From an uncultured Gemmatimonadales bacterium (GTDB lineage Bacteria > Gemmatimonadota > Gemmatimonadetes > Gemmatimonadales > GWC2-71-9): a DNA stretch of 64,000 bases. The first letter of the stretch is position 1. Each line of letters begins with the position of its first letter. The notes below the pieces were generated by a model. That model made no database searches. It saw nothing but the letters and a program-made list of their open reading frames with translations, and was not told the origin of the DNA. Of the stretch, positions 28,040-38,151 are shown in pieces. A program made the translations under genes and the position numbers. Location of the stretch: assembly GCA_963795085.1 (NCBI GenBank), contig CAWCFX010000003.1, forward strand, positions 192,001-256,000, written 5' to 3'.

Positions 28040-31000
28040 ATGAAACGCACACTGGTATTGCTCGGACTGCTGACGGCTGCGCCAGCGGTTCTGCCGGCCC
28101 AGTACTTCGGCCAGAACAAGGTGCAGTACCGCACCTTCGATTTCCAGGTCATCCAGACCGAGCACTTCGACGTCTATTTCTACGAGCGGGAACGGAGCGC
28201 GGCGATGGACGCCGCCCGGATGGCCGAACGCTCGTATGCCCGTCTCTCCCGGGCCCTGAACCACAAGTTCCGGGAGCGAAAACCGATCATCCTGTACGCC
28301 AGTCATTCCGATTTCCAGCAGACCAACGCCACCGGTGGCGAGGTCGGCGAGGGCACTGGGGGGTTCACCGATTTCCTCAAGCACCGGAACGTGCTGCCGT
28401 TCACCGGCAGCTACGCCGACTTTGAGCACGTCCTGCAGCACGAGATGGTGCACCAGTTCCAGTACGATGTCTGGAGCCGGGGCCGTGCAGGGGCCAATAT
28501 CCAGGCGCTGATTCAATTGAACCCTCCACTCTGGTTCGTGGAGGGCATGGCCGAGTATTTCAGCAAGGGCCGGGTGGACGCGAACACCGCCATGTGGCTC
28601 CGGGACGCGGCCCTCGAGGGCAACCTCCCGACCATTGACCAGATGACGAACGACCCCCGGATATTTCCCTACCGGTTCGGCGAGGCATTGATCGCCTACA
28701 TCGGGGGGCGGTGGGGGGACGAGGCCGTCGCCGCCATCCTGCACAGCAGCCTGAGCGGGAGTCTCGAGGGCTCCTTCCGGCGGGTCCTGGGCCTGGGCTT
28801 CGAGGAGTTGTCCAACCAGTGGCGGGACTATGTCCATAAGAAGTACCTGCCCCAGATCGGGAACCGGGTCCGGGCCAGCGCCTTTGCCCAGCCGGTGTTG
28901 ACGGAGGAAAAGTCAGACGGAACGCTTCACCTGGCGCCGGCCCTCTCCCCCGATGGGCGCCAGATCGCCTATTTCAGCGAGAAGGATTTCTATTTCGTTG
29001 ACCTGTACCTGGCCGATGCGGTCACCGGCAAAGTTGACCGGCGGCTGCTCAAGGCTTCGTTCAGCGCCAACTACGAGACCTTCAGGTTTATCAGCTCCGG
29101 GGTCAGTTGGTCGCCGGACGGCCGGTACATCGCCATGGCCGCCAAGAAGGGCCCCAAGGACGATCTGGTCATTCTCGATGTGGAGCGGAACCGGGAAGTG
29201 CGCCGCATCGAGGTGGATCTGAACGGCATCCTCACCCCGGCATGGAGCCCCGACGGCACCCAGATCGTGTTTACCGGCCTGGACGGGGGCCTGTCGAACC
29301 TGTACGTGGTCAATGCCGACGGCAGCGGTTTTCGCGCCCTCACCCAGGACAAGCAGGCCGACATGCACCCGGTGTGGTCGCCCGACGGGTCCACCATCGC
29401 CTTCGCGACCGACCGGGGTCCGGCGACCAGCTTCGATTCACTGACCTTCAGCAACCTCCGGATCGCGCTTTACCACCTGGGGACCGGGCGGATTGAAGTC
29501 CTGGACCACATGGGGGAAGGGCTCAACGCCAATCCGCAGTACTCCCCGGATGGCCGGCAGATCGCGTTCACGTCGGACCGGAATGGCGTCACCAACATCT
29601 ACCTGTACGGCCTGGATGACGGCAAACTCTACCAGCTGACCGACCTGTTCACCGGCGTCCAGGGTATCACGCCCCTCTCCCCCGCCCTCTCCTGGTCCCG
29701 GAACGCCGACCGGCTCGCGTTCGTCTATTACGAAGACAGCAAGCACGACGTCTACACGCTGGACAACCCTCGCTCGCTCACCAGGCCCTATCTGCCGGCG
29801 CCGGTGGAACAGCCCGGCGCTGTTGCCGTGGCGCCGCCTCCCGCCGCGGCGCCTGCCGATACCCAGGCGGCCCAGAGCGGTGCCGTGCAGCAAAGCGAGT
29901 CCATTTACCGGGGCCAGGCCGGGTTCCGCGAGTCGGGGCAGGCCCGGACCGACAGCCTCGCGCCGCCCCCGGTCTCCATCTCGTCCCTGCTCGACTCGGC
30001 GCGCATCAACCTCCCGGATACGTCGGAATTCACCATCCGGAAATCCCGCACCAAGTTCACCGCGGACTACGTGGCGCGCCCCAGCGTGGGCTACAGCCGG
30101 GACACCTTCGGCCGCGGCTTCTTCGGCGGAACCGCCGTCGCCCTGAGCGACATGCTGGGCGATCACACCCTGATCTTCTCAGGCTACGTCAACGGGTCCC
30201 TCGCGGAATCCCAGATCCTGGCCGCATACATCAATCAGCGCCGGCGCCTCAACTGGGCCGTGGGAGCCGGGCAGGAGCCCTACTTCTACCGCGAGGCGCA
30301 GGTCATCCGGCGGGATCCCAATCCCAGCCAGGGCCTCTCCAATGACACCCTTATCACCAACGTCCGGCGGCTGGTGCTCCGGACGGTGTTCACCGAGGCC
30401 TACTATCCCCTCAACCGTTTCCGTCGCATCGAGACCGGCCTGCGCTTCGCCAACGTCAGCGACGATCGTCTGAGCCTGGTGGAGCCGTTCAACGGGCGGA
30501 CCGGTGTCCCGACTGACAACCCGTTCATCCGTACTACCGACCTGGGCAGTTCCAACTACGTACAGCCCTCCGTCGCCATGGTCTTCGACAACTCCCTCTT
30601 CGGGTACGTGGGGCCCTTTTACGGGAGGCGCTACCGGCTATCGCTGGCCCACAGCGTCGGGACCTGGAACTTCACGACTGCCACGGTGGACTACCGCCGG
30701 TACGACCAGCTCCCCGGACCCTTCGTGCTGGCCACCCGGGGTCTCTACTTCGGCCGGATTGGCCAGGACGCCGATGAGTTCCAGATTTTCCTGGGCAGCA
30801 GCGACCTGCTGCGCGGGCACACTTCCGGCTCCTATTTCCGGAACGAATGCAACGCCACCAACGACAGCGGCAGCCTCAGTGGATGCCGCCAGCTGGACCG
30901 GCTGATCGGGACCCAGATTGCCGTGGCCAACGCCGAGCTGCGTTTCCCGGTGGCGAATTCGCAGATGTTCCAGTGGCTGCCGCTCGGGTTCCCGCCGCTG

Positions 31001-31237
31001 GACGGGGCCATCTTCTACGACATCGGCCTGGCCTGGAACGAGCAGAGCGTGGTCCGCCTGAACGGCGACAACAACGGCAACCCGCTCAAGTTCCGCACCC
31101 CGCTGCACAGCTATGGCGCCTCGCTCCGAACCAACCTGTTCAACTTCGTCATCCTCCGCCTGGACTACTCGGTCCCCATCGGGCGTGAGGGCTTCCGTGG
31201 CGGCCTCTGGACCGTAAGCCTGGGCCCCACGTTCTAG
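28040..31237 (+). CDS. Omp85/BamA-TamA superfamily protein with N-terminal zincin-like domain and PD40 beta-propeller
   Basis: Signal peptide plus QYFGQNKVQY; HEMVH...WFVEGMAEY; six or more SPDG repeats; barrel with LRGH, NAELRFP, FYDIG; terminal F. Confidence 0.85.
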   Translation: MKRTLVLLGLLTAAPAVLPAQYFGQNKVQYRTFDFQVIQTEHFDVYFYERERSAAMDAARMAERSYARLSRALNHKFRERKPIILYASHSDFQQTNATGGEVGEGTGGFTDFLKHRNVLPFTGSYADFEHVLQHEMVHQFQYDVWSRGRAGANIQALIQLNPPLWFVEGMAEYFSKGRVDANTAMWLRDAALEGNLPTIDQMTNDPRIFPYRFGEALIAYIGGRWGDEAVAAILHSSLSGSLEGSFRRVLGLGFEELSNQWRDYVHKKYLPQIGNRVRASAFAQPVLTEEKSDGTLHLAPALSPDGRQIAYFSEKDFYFVDLYLADAVTGKVDRRLLKASFSANYETFRFISSGVSWSPDGRYIAMAAKKGPKDDLVILDVERNREVRRIEVDLNGILTPAWSPDGTQIVFTGLDGGLSNLYVVNADGSGFRALTQDKQADMHPVWSPDGSTIAFATDRGPATSFDSLTFSNLRIALYHLGTGRIEVLDHMGEGLNANPQYSPDGRQIAFTSDRNGVTNIYLYGLDDGKLYQLTDLFTGVQGITPLSPALSWSRNADRLAFVYYEDSKHDVYTLDNPRSLTRPYLPAPVEQPGAVAVAPPPAAAPADTQAAQSGAVQQSESIYRGQAGFRESGQARTDSLAPPPVSISSLLDSARINLPDTSEFTIRKSRTKFTADYVARPSVGYSRDTFGRGFFGGTAVALSDMLGDHTLIFSGYVNGSLAESQILAAYINQRRRLNWAVGAGQEPYFYREAQVIRRDPNPSQGLSNDTLITNVRRLVLRTVFTEAYYPLNRFRRIETGLRFANVSDDRLSLVEPFNGRTGVPTDNPFIRTTDLGSSNYVQPSVAMVFDNSLFGYVGPFYGRRYRLSLAHSVGTWNFTTATVDYRRYDQLPGPFVLATRGLYFGRIGQDADEFQIFLGSSDLLRGHTSGSYFRNECNATNDSGSLSGCRQLDRLIGTQIAVANAELRFPVANSQMFQWLPLGFPPLDGAIFYDIGLAWNEQSVVRLNGDNNGNPLKFRTPLHSYGASLRTNLFNFVILRLDYSVPIGREGFRGGLWTVSLGPTF

Positions 31238-31263
31238 GGGAGAGTCACCGGGCAGCGCCAGGG

Positions 31264-31293
31264 AGGGGCGGGGTCATTCCCGCCCCTATTTGT
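31264..31293 (+). terminator. Intrinsic terminator-like hairpin
   Basis: AGGGGCGGG...CCCGCCCCT followed by ATTTGT. Confidence 0.6.
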
Positions 31294-31320
31294 GTCCGCT
31301 GGTATTGGCTATCTTTGAGG

Positions 31321-32697
31321 GTGCCGCAACATTCCCGTCTCTTCCTCGGTGCCCTCCTGGCACTGGGACTTGCGTCGTGCAAGGATACGCCCCGCCCCGG
31401 CGGCCAACCCCTGTCGCCATCGGTTCCTCCCGCCAGTCTGCTTCGGCTGCCCCGGGCCGGCGGCGCCCCGACGGTCTATCGGCTTCCCCGCCTGGCCGAT
31501 GCCGACTGGGTGCGCACCGGCGAATTCCCTCCGCTCCGGTCCGTGATCGGGGCCGATCTCGACCAGCGGGTCGTCTTCGCCGCTGATTCGTCCGACCGAA
31601 TCGTCGCCCTGGACCTCGAAAATGGAAAAGTCCGCGCCTACCTGAGCGGCGCGCGCACGTCCATCATGGGGCCGGACGGCACCCTCTACACCGTGGATGA
31701 CAGCAACCAGGTCACCCAGATCGCCCGGCGGTCACCGGCGCGGTTCCGCGGCCGCCTGCCGGGGCGGCCCCGCGACCTCTTCGGCACCCTCAACGACGAA
31801 GTTCTCGCCCTGGTGCCCGGGCCGACCTCCCAGCTGGTGGCCTTGAGCCACGATCAACCGGCCCGCAAGGCCAGCCTGCCGGCCGGCGAGGCGGCCGCGT
31901 CCATGTGGGGCGACCTGGTCGCGGTGGCCGCTGACACCGCGGTGATTCTCTACGATCCCAGCGGGGACCCCGGAATCCGGTCCATCCCGGTGGACGGCGG
32001 CGCCCGTGCGGTGGCCTTTTCCGCCTCCGGCCACCGGATCTTCGTCGCACTGAACCAAGGTGGCCTGCTCGAAATTGACCGGTTCTCTGACCGGGTGCTG
32101 CGGACCATCAAGTTACCTGGGACTGCCGTGGCCATCCGTCCCGCGGGGTATGGCCAGTGGCTGCTGATCCGCCCAGCCGATGCCGATTCCCTCTGGATCG
32201 TTGACGTCAGCACCGGACAGTATCTTTCCGACTGGGCCACCCGCTGGAGCGCCGACCTTCCTACCGTGGCGGGACTGTCCATCCTGGTCCTCCGCCAGGG
32301 AAAGGACATAGTCGCCCACGACCTGGCCGCGACCGGGTGGCCGGAAACTGGCCGCGTCCCCGGGGGCGGGGCGGACCTCTGGCTCCCCATCGCCTGGACC
32401 CCGGAAGGCGGCACCGCCCCGACCCGGATCGACAGCGCGCCCCCCGCCACGACGCCGGAGTCCACACCATCGGCCCGGGTGTTCCTCCAGGTCAGCAGTT
32501 CGCAGAACCCGAGCTGGGCCGAAGACCTGGCCCGGCAGCTTCGTGATGTCGGGCTCTCGGCCTCGGTGCTCAAACCCGCCCGCCCGGGTGACGGATACCG
32601 GGTAGTCCTGGGTCCCTATGACTCCCGTGAAACCGCCGAAGCCGAAGGCCGCAAGCTGGGCCGGCCGTTTTTCATCTATCAGCCGGACCCCCAGTGA
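31321..32697 (+). CDS. Lipoprotein with beta-propeller-like region and C-terminal SPOR domain
   Basis: Lipobox LASC; C-terminal FLQVSS...YRVVLGPYDSRETAE. Confidence 0.8.
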   Translation: MPQHSRLFLGALLALGLASCKDTPRPGGQPLSPSVPPASLLRLPRAGGAPTVYRLPRLADADWVRTGEFPPLRSVIGADLDQRVVFAADSSDRIVALDLENGKVRAYLSGARTSIMGPDGTLYTVDDSNQVTQIARRSPARFRGRLPGRPRDLFGTLNDEVLALVPGPTSQLVALSHDQPARKASLPAGEAAASMWGDLVAVAADTAVILYDPSGDPGIRSIPVDGGARAVAFSASGHRIFVALNQGGLLEIDRFSDRVLRTIKLPGTAVAIRPAGYGQWLLIRPADADSLWIVDVSTGQYLSDWATRWSADLPTVAGLSILVLRQGKDIVAHDLAATGWPETGRVPGGGADLWLPIAWTPEGGTAPTRIDSAPPATTPESTPSARVFLQVSSSQNPSWAEDLARQLRDVGLSASVLKPARPGDGYRVVLGPYDSRETAEAEGRKLGRPFFIYQPDPQ

Positions 32698-32815
32698 TGA
32701 CGCCTGGCGGATGGCCCACGGCCCGGCGACCCCGCCCGATGGGCCACCGGCGATTCGCCCTTTACCACTCGCGCTGCACCATCAGCCATCCGCTTTCCAC
32801 GGAGCGTTCCTCGCC

Positions 32816-35800
32816 ATGAAGCTCACCAAGCTCGAGCTGTCCGGGTTCAAGTCGTTCGCCGATCCAGTCACCCTGCATTTCGAAGACGGCGTGACGGCGA
32901 TCGTGGGACCCAACGGGTGCGGCAAGTCCAATGTCTCCGACGCGGTGCGCTGGGTGCTGGGCGAGCAGTCGGCCCGGCTGCTGCGCGGCGGCAAGATGGA
33001 AGATGTCATTTTCCAGGGCGCGGCGACCCGCCGGCCGGTTAACGTGAGCGAGGTGTCCCTGTACCTCGACAACAGCGATGGGGACCTCCCCATCGCCTAC
33101 CGGGAAGTGGTGATCACCCGCCGGCTCTCCCGCTCCGGGCAGAGCGATTACCTCCTGAACCGCGCCCCCGCCCGGCTCCGCGACATCCAGGACCTGCTGC
33201 GCGGCACCGGGCTGGGCAGCGAGGCCGGCGTGGTCATCGAATCGAAGATGATCGACCTGCTGCTCTCCGACCGGGCCGAGGAGCGGCGGTCCCTCTTCGA
33301 GGAAGCGGCCGGGATCGGCCTCTACCGCGACCGGAAGGAAAGCACCGAGCGCCGGCTGGAAGAGACCGGCCAGGACCTCCAGCGGGTGGAGGACTTGATC
33401 GCCGAGGTGCAGTCCCAGTTGCGCAGCCTGGCCCGCCAGCGCGGCAAGGCCGAGCGCTATTACAAGCTGACCGAGGAAAAGTTTGCGGTCCAGCTGACCC
33501 TGGCGCGCCGGCTGCTGCAGGAGATCGACGAGCAGATGGTCTCCATCCGGACTCGGCGCGAGACGCTGGCGGAAGAGCTGCCCCGGATGCGGGAGACCCT
33601 GCACCAGTCGGAACAGCAGCGGGAGGATTCGGCCCGGGAACGGGCCAGCCTGGAATCCCAGCGCACCGATATTGCCCGCCGGCTGGGGGCGGTGCGGGTG
33701 GAGATGGGCAAGTTGGACGGCGACCTGGCGCTCGCCGCCGAGCGGCTGGCCAATGCGTCAGCCCGGAAAGCGCGCGCCACCGACGAGCGGGACCTCATGG
33801 AAACCCGGGCCCTCCAGGCGGTGCGGGAAAAAGAACACGCCGAAGCGGAGCGGGGCGCGGCCCGGGCCGAGCACGCGCGGATCCAGAGCGAACTGGCCGG
33901 CCGCTCCACCGCGGAAGACTACGTTCGCCAGCGTCTCGCGGAACAGCGCAACGCGCTGCGGTCCCTCGAGGAGGACATTCAGCGACACCTCCATACCCTT
34001 CGCAGCCTCGAGGGCGAACGCACGGCGCTGGAGAGCGACCTGGCGTCGCTACGGGAACGGGAAGCCCAGCTGGCCGCCCGGCGCGCGGCCCTGGAGCAGG
34101 AGCTGGAATCGGCGGAGCACCGGCGGGAGGACACCGCCACCCAGGCGGAGAAGCGAATCATGGAGTCACGCCGCGCCGGGTCAGACGCGGACCGGGCTCG
34201 CCACCAGGTGGGGGAGCTTCGCCGCCAGGAGGCGCTGGACCGCTCGACCCTGCGCGATGCGGAGGAACTGGTCGCCCAGCTGGCCGCGCGGCGGCAGGCC
34301 CTGGAAGACCTCGAGCGCGACCGGGTGGGCCTGGCGCCAGGCGCGGCGGCCCTGCTCGCGGTACGGGAGCGATTCAACGGCGCCGTCTTGGGCCCCCTGT
34401 CCGATTTCATCGAGACCGGCCGGGGCGATGCCGAACTGGCCGAGCGGCTGCTAGGCGAGTGGGTCCATGCCGTGCTGGTCCAGGACCGGGACGTCATTCC
34501 CGAGATCCAGCGCTGGCACGCGGAGAACCCGATCGGAGCCCTGGTCCTTCTCCCGGTATCTCCCGGTCCCTCGGCGGCCGTGGGGAGCGATCCTCTCGAG
34601 GACCGGCTTCGAGCGGGCCACCCGGCCCAGGACTGGGTCCGCGCGCTGCTCGGTGGGTCCGAGATCCTGGAATCCAGTGGCCGCGTGCTGCGCCGTGCCA
34701 ACGGCGCCATCCTGCTGACCGGAGCCGTTGCTCCGACCGGGCCACTGCGGCGCCGCGCCGAACTGCAGGAACTGGGCGAAGAGCTGAACCGCTCCCGGGC
34801 CCAGTTGGCGGAAACCGAGACGACGCTGCGGGTCACCATGGAGCGGCTGTCCCACGCAGAAAGTGAACTGGAGCGGGCCACCGCCGGCGCCGACCAGGCC
34901 CGGGAGGCCGAACGGCAGGCCGTGGCCGCGCGGGAGGATGCCAGCCGGGTCGCCGGAAACCTCCGCCGGGATCACGAGGAGGCCGCCGCCCAGCACACCG
35001 CGCTGAGCGAACGGATCCTCAAGTCCGAGCAGCGCCTATCGGAGATCGATGCCGCCATAACCGAAGGAGACCTGGGACGGGCCCAGCTGGAAGAACACCT
35101 GGGAGCCGCCCGCGCCCACCTCGCGGAGTTCGAGGTGGAGCAGGAGAGCGCCCGGGAAAGCCGGGTCCATTGGCAAGTCCAGGAAGCCCACGTCGCGGCC
35201 CGCGTCCAGGCCGCCTCCGAACGGCTGGAACGGGCTGTCCAGATGGGAACCGATGCGGAGCAGCAGTCGGAAACCCTGGCGGGGGAATTGTCGCGATTGG
35301 AGGCGGATACCGGGTTTCTCATGGCCCAGCAGGCCCAGTGGCACGACATGCGTGCCGAGCGGCGGATCGCACTCCTTGAGCTGGAGGCCGCCGCGGGCGA
35401 TGCCGAGCTCGAACTCGCTACCGCCGAGGACGCCCTGGCGACCGCCGAGGCCGACCTGGCAAGTTACCGGCACCGGCTGGAATCCATGAGCGAGGAGTAC
35501 CATGGGCTGGAGCTGCGGGTCACCGAAGAAGGCGCCCGCAAGCGGTCGATCATCGAGCGGGTCGAAGCCGAGTGGAAGAAACCGATCGACGCCCTGCTGG
35601 CGGATGCCCCCGAACTGGACCTCGATCGCGAGTCGTTGGAGGGCGAGTCAGCGCGTATTGCCAGCAACCTGGAACAGATTGGCCCCATCAATCCCCTGGC
35701 GGTCGAGGAACATGCCGAGGAAAGCAAGCGGCTCGATTTCCTCACGACTCAGCGGGATGACCTGGTCGCGGGCCGGCAGTCCCTGCAGCAGGCGATCCGG

Positions 35801-36286
35801 GAAATCGACGGCACCGCCCGCAACATGTTCCTGGAGACCTTCACCGCGGTACAGGCCAACTTCAACAAGGTCTTCCAGACGCTGTTCGGCGGCGGCGAAT
35901 GCGAACTCCGGCTCGCCAACCCCGATGAGCCGCTGGACAGCGAGATCGACATCCACGCCGCCCCCCGCGGGAAGCGGACCCAGCGCATCCACCTGCTCTC
36001 CTCCGGCGAACGGACCCTGGTCGCCGCCTCGCTCCTGTTCAGCATCTACCTGACCAAGCCGAGTCCCTTCTGCCTCATGGACGAAGTCGATGCGCCGCTC
36101 GACGATTCCAACGTGGGACGGTTTACCCGCCTGCTCGACGAGTTCAAGCACACCACCCAATTCATCGTGATCACCCACAATCCACGGACCATGCAGGCCG
36201 CAGACGCGGTCTACGGGGTGACCATGCAGGAGCCCGGCTGTTCCACCATCGTCGGGGTGCGGCTGGGCGAAAAAGAGACGGTATAG
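32816..36286 (+). CDS. smc: Chromosome segregation protein SMC
   Basis: MKLTKLELSGFKSFA, GPNGCGKSN, FEEAAGI, coiled coils and hinge, LSSGE, DEVDAPLD, ITH. Confidence 0.96.
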   Translation: MKLTKLELSGFKSFADPVTLHFEDGVTAIVGPNGCGKSNVSDAVRWVLGEQSARLLRGGKMEDVIFQGAATRRPVNVSEVSLYLDNSDGDLPIAYREVVITRRLSRSGQSDYLLNRAPARLRDIQDLLRGTGLGSEAGVVIESKMIDLLLSDRAEERRSLFEEAAGIGLYRDRKESTERRLEETGQDLQRVEDLIAEVQSQLRSLARQRGKAERYYKLTEEKFAVQLTLARRLLQEIDEQMVSIRTRRETLAEELPRMRETLHQSEQQREDSARERASLESQRTDIARRLGAVRVEMGKLDGDLALAAERLANASARKARATDERDLMETRALQAVREKEHAEAERGAARAEHARIQSELAGRSTAEDYVRQRLAEQRNALRSLEEDIQRHLHTLRSLEGERTALESDLASLREREAQLAARRAALEQELESAEHRREDTATQAEKRIMESRRAGSDADRARHQVGELRRQEALDRSTLRDAEELVAQLAARRQALEDLERDRVGLAPGAAALLAVRERFNGAVLGPLSDFIETGRGDAELAERLLGEWVHAVLVQDRDVIPEIQRWHAENPIGALVLLPVSPGPSAAVGSDPLEDRLRAGHPAQDWVRALLGGSEILESSGRVLRRANGAILLTGAVAPTGPLRRRAELQELGEELNRSRAQLAETETTLRVTMERLSHAESELERATAGADQAREAERQAVAAREDASRVAGNLRRDHEEAAAQHTALSERILKSEQRLSEIDAAITEGDLGRAQLEEHLGAARAHLAEFEVEQESARESRVHWQVQEAHVAARVQAASERLERAVQMGTDAEQQSETLAGELSRLEADTGFLMAQQAQWHDMRAERRIALLELEAAAGDAELELATAEDALATAEADLASYRHRLESMSEEYHGLELRVTEEGARKRSIIERVEAEWKKPIDALLADAPELDLDRESLEGESARIASNLEQIGPINPLAVEEHAEESKRLDFLTTQRDDLVAGRQSLQQAIREIDGTARNMFLETFTAVQANFNKVFQTLFGGGECELRLANPDEPLDSEIDIHAAPRGKRTQRIHLLSSGERTLVAASLLFSIYLTKPSPFCLMDEVDAPLDDSNVGRFTRLLDEFKHTTQFIVITHNPRTMQAADAVYGVTMQEPGCSTIVGVRLGEKETV

Positions 36287-36310
36287 GCAGCCCGGCGGGG
36301 CCACCCCCGG

Positions 36311-36339
36311 TTGGCGAACCGGTAAGGGTAGCTTAGGCT
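36311..36339 (+). promoter_or_regulatory. Putative sigma70 promoter of aroF-lolA
   Basis: TTGGCG-N17-TAGGCT. Confidence 0.45.
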
Positions 36340-36442
36340 TTACCCTGGGCGGGAGCTTTCCGGACCACCGGACGGCCCGCCCGTTGTCTCGGGAGGGAGC
36401 CCCAGGCGGCTCCCGGTTTCTCCAACCAAGGAAGCGCGTCGG

Positions 36443-37489
36443 ATGCTGGTGGTAATGCGGCAGGGCGCCACTGAAGATGAAATCCGGGCGGTGACCCGGG
36501 CCATCGAGGATCTGGGATTCGAGGCCCGGGTCATGGCCGGAAAACAACGGACCACCGTCGGCGTGCTCGGCAACGAGAACCGGGTGGACCCGTCCCGCGT
36601 TTCCGCCCTCCCGGGCGTCCTCGAAGTGATCCATGTCACTCCGCCGTACAAGCAGGTCTCCCGGGAATGGAAAGCGGAATCGTCCATTGTCCGGCTGCCG
36701 GGCGGGTTGACCCTTGGCGGGGACGATATCGTAGTCATGGCGGGGCCCTGTTCGGTCGAATCCGAGGCCCAGATCATGGCTGCGGCCGCCGCGGTCCGCG
36801 AGGCGGGGGCCACGATCCTCCGAGCCGGAGCCTACAAGCCCCGGACCAGCCCCTATTCGTTCCAGGGGCTGGGAAAGCCCGGGCTGGCGCTCCTGGCCCG
36901 GGCCAGGGAAGAGACCGGCCTCCTGATCGTGACCGAGGCCATGGATGCGGAATCGGTGGACCTGGTGGCCTCGGTCGCCGACATCATCCAGGTTGGCGCA
37001 CGGAACATGCAGAACTACTCGCTGCTCAAGCGAGTGGGGCGGTCCGGAAAGCCGGTGCTGCTCAAGCGGGGGATGTCGGCGACGGTCCAGGAGCTGTTGC
37101 TCTCGGCGGAATATGTTCTCGCCGAAGGCAACCCCGATGTCATTCTCTGTGAGCGAGGAGTGCGGGGGTTCGACGCCTCGACCCGGAACCTGCTCGACCT
37201 GTCCGCCATTCCGGTCGTGCACGCGCTGTCGCACCTGCCGATCGTGGCGGACCCGAGCCATGGCACCGGCCACCGGGACATGGTAATCCCGATGGCCCGT
37301 GCTGCAGTAGCGGCGGGAGCAGATGGAATCATGGTCGAGGTGCACCCGGCCCCCGAGCGGGCGATGTCGGATGGCGCCCAGAGCCTGTACCCTGAACAAT
37401 TTGACCGGATGATGCGGGAAACCCGGCTGATCGCCGAGGCCATTGGCCGGCGGATCGCGGAACCCGCGGAATCAGGAGCCGATAGATGA
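36443..37489 (+). CDS. aroF: DAHP synthase type I-beta with N-terminal ACT/ferredoxin-like domain
   Basis: [38 protein letters not shown]. Confidence 0.95.
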   Translation: MLVVMRQGATEDEIRAVTRAIEDLGFEARVMAGKQRTTVGVLGNENRVDPSRVSALPGVLEVIHVTPPYKQVSREWKAESSIVRLPGGLTLGGDDIVVMAGPCSVESEAQIMAAAAAVREAGATILRAGAYKPRTSPYSFQGLGKPGLALLARAREETGLLIVTEAMDAESVDLVASVADIIQVGARNMQNYSLLKRVGRSGKPVLLKRGMSATVQELLLSAEYVLAEGNPDVILCERGVRGFDASTRNLLDLSAIPVVHALSHLPIVADPSHGTGHRDMVIPMARAAVAAGADGIMVEVHPAPERAMSDGAQSLYPEQFDRMMRETRLIAEAIGRRIAEPAESGADR

Positions 37490-38151
37490 AAATCTCTTCA
37501 CTGCTGACCGTACCGGGCCCGCTGGCGCTGGCCCTCTTTCTTGCGTTTCCCGCCGTCCTGCCGGCGCAGTCGCCGGCCGAGGCGCTGGATCGCGCCGCCC
37601 GGACGTACCAGGACCTGCGCTCGTTCAGCGCCGACTTCTGGCAGGTGATCGACGACCCGATGCTGGGCAACTACCGGAGCCGGGGACGGCTGGTGCAGGC
37701 GGCCGATGGCCGGCTGTCGCTTCGCTTCACCGATCCCGCCGGCGAGGTCATCGTGCTGGACGGAGAGCACGTCTGGATGTACCTGCCCAGTACCGAGCCG
37801 GGCCAGGTCCGCAAGATCCCGGTCACCAGTCTCCCGGACTATTTCAATCCGCGCAGCCTGCTGACCCAGCCGGGGCGCCGTTTTGAGGCAACCGGCCTGC
37901 GGCGAGACCAGTTGAACGGCCGTCCTGCCGACGTCATCTCCCTGGCGCCCAAAGGCACTGACGTCCCGTTTTCGCAGGTGACGCTGTGGATAGACCGGGG
38001 AGACGGCCTGCCCCGGCGCCTTCAGTTCAAGGAGCGCTCCGGTGCTCTGCGGACCTTCACGTTCGCCGACGTCCGGACCAACCAGGCAGTGCCCGACCGG
38101 ACCTTCAGGTTCGAGGTTCCGGCCGGGGTCCGGGTGGTGACGTCGAGGTAG
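37486..38151 (+). CDS. lolA: Outer-membrane lipoprotein carrier LolA-family protein
   Basis: Signal peptide; [33 protein letters not shown]. Confidence 0.8.
   Translation: MKISSLLTVPGPLALALFLAFPAVLPAQSPAEALDRAARTYQDLRSFSADFWQVIDDPMLGNYRSRGRLVQAADGRLSLRFTDPAGEVIVLDGEHVWMYLPSTEPGQVRKIPVTSLPDYFNPRSLLTQPGRRFEATGLRRDQLNGRPADVISLAPKGTDVPFSQVTLWIDRGDGLPRRLQFKERSGALRTFTFADVRTNQAVPDRTFRFEVPAGVRVVTSR

Noticed and set aside
32816..36286. SMC as a Wadjet/MksB or other defence SMC
   Set aside because: It has canonical housekeeping SMC termini and length, with no jetABD or mksEFG neighbours.
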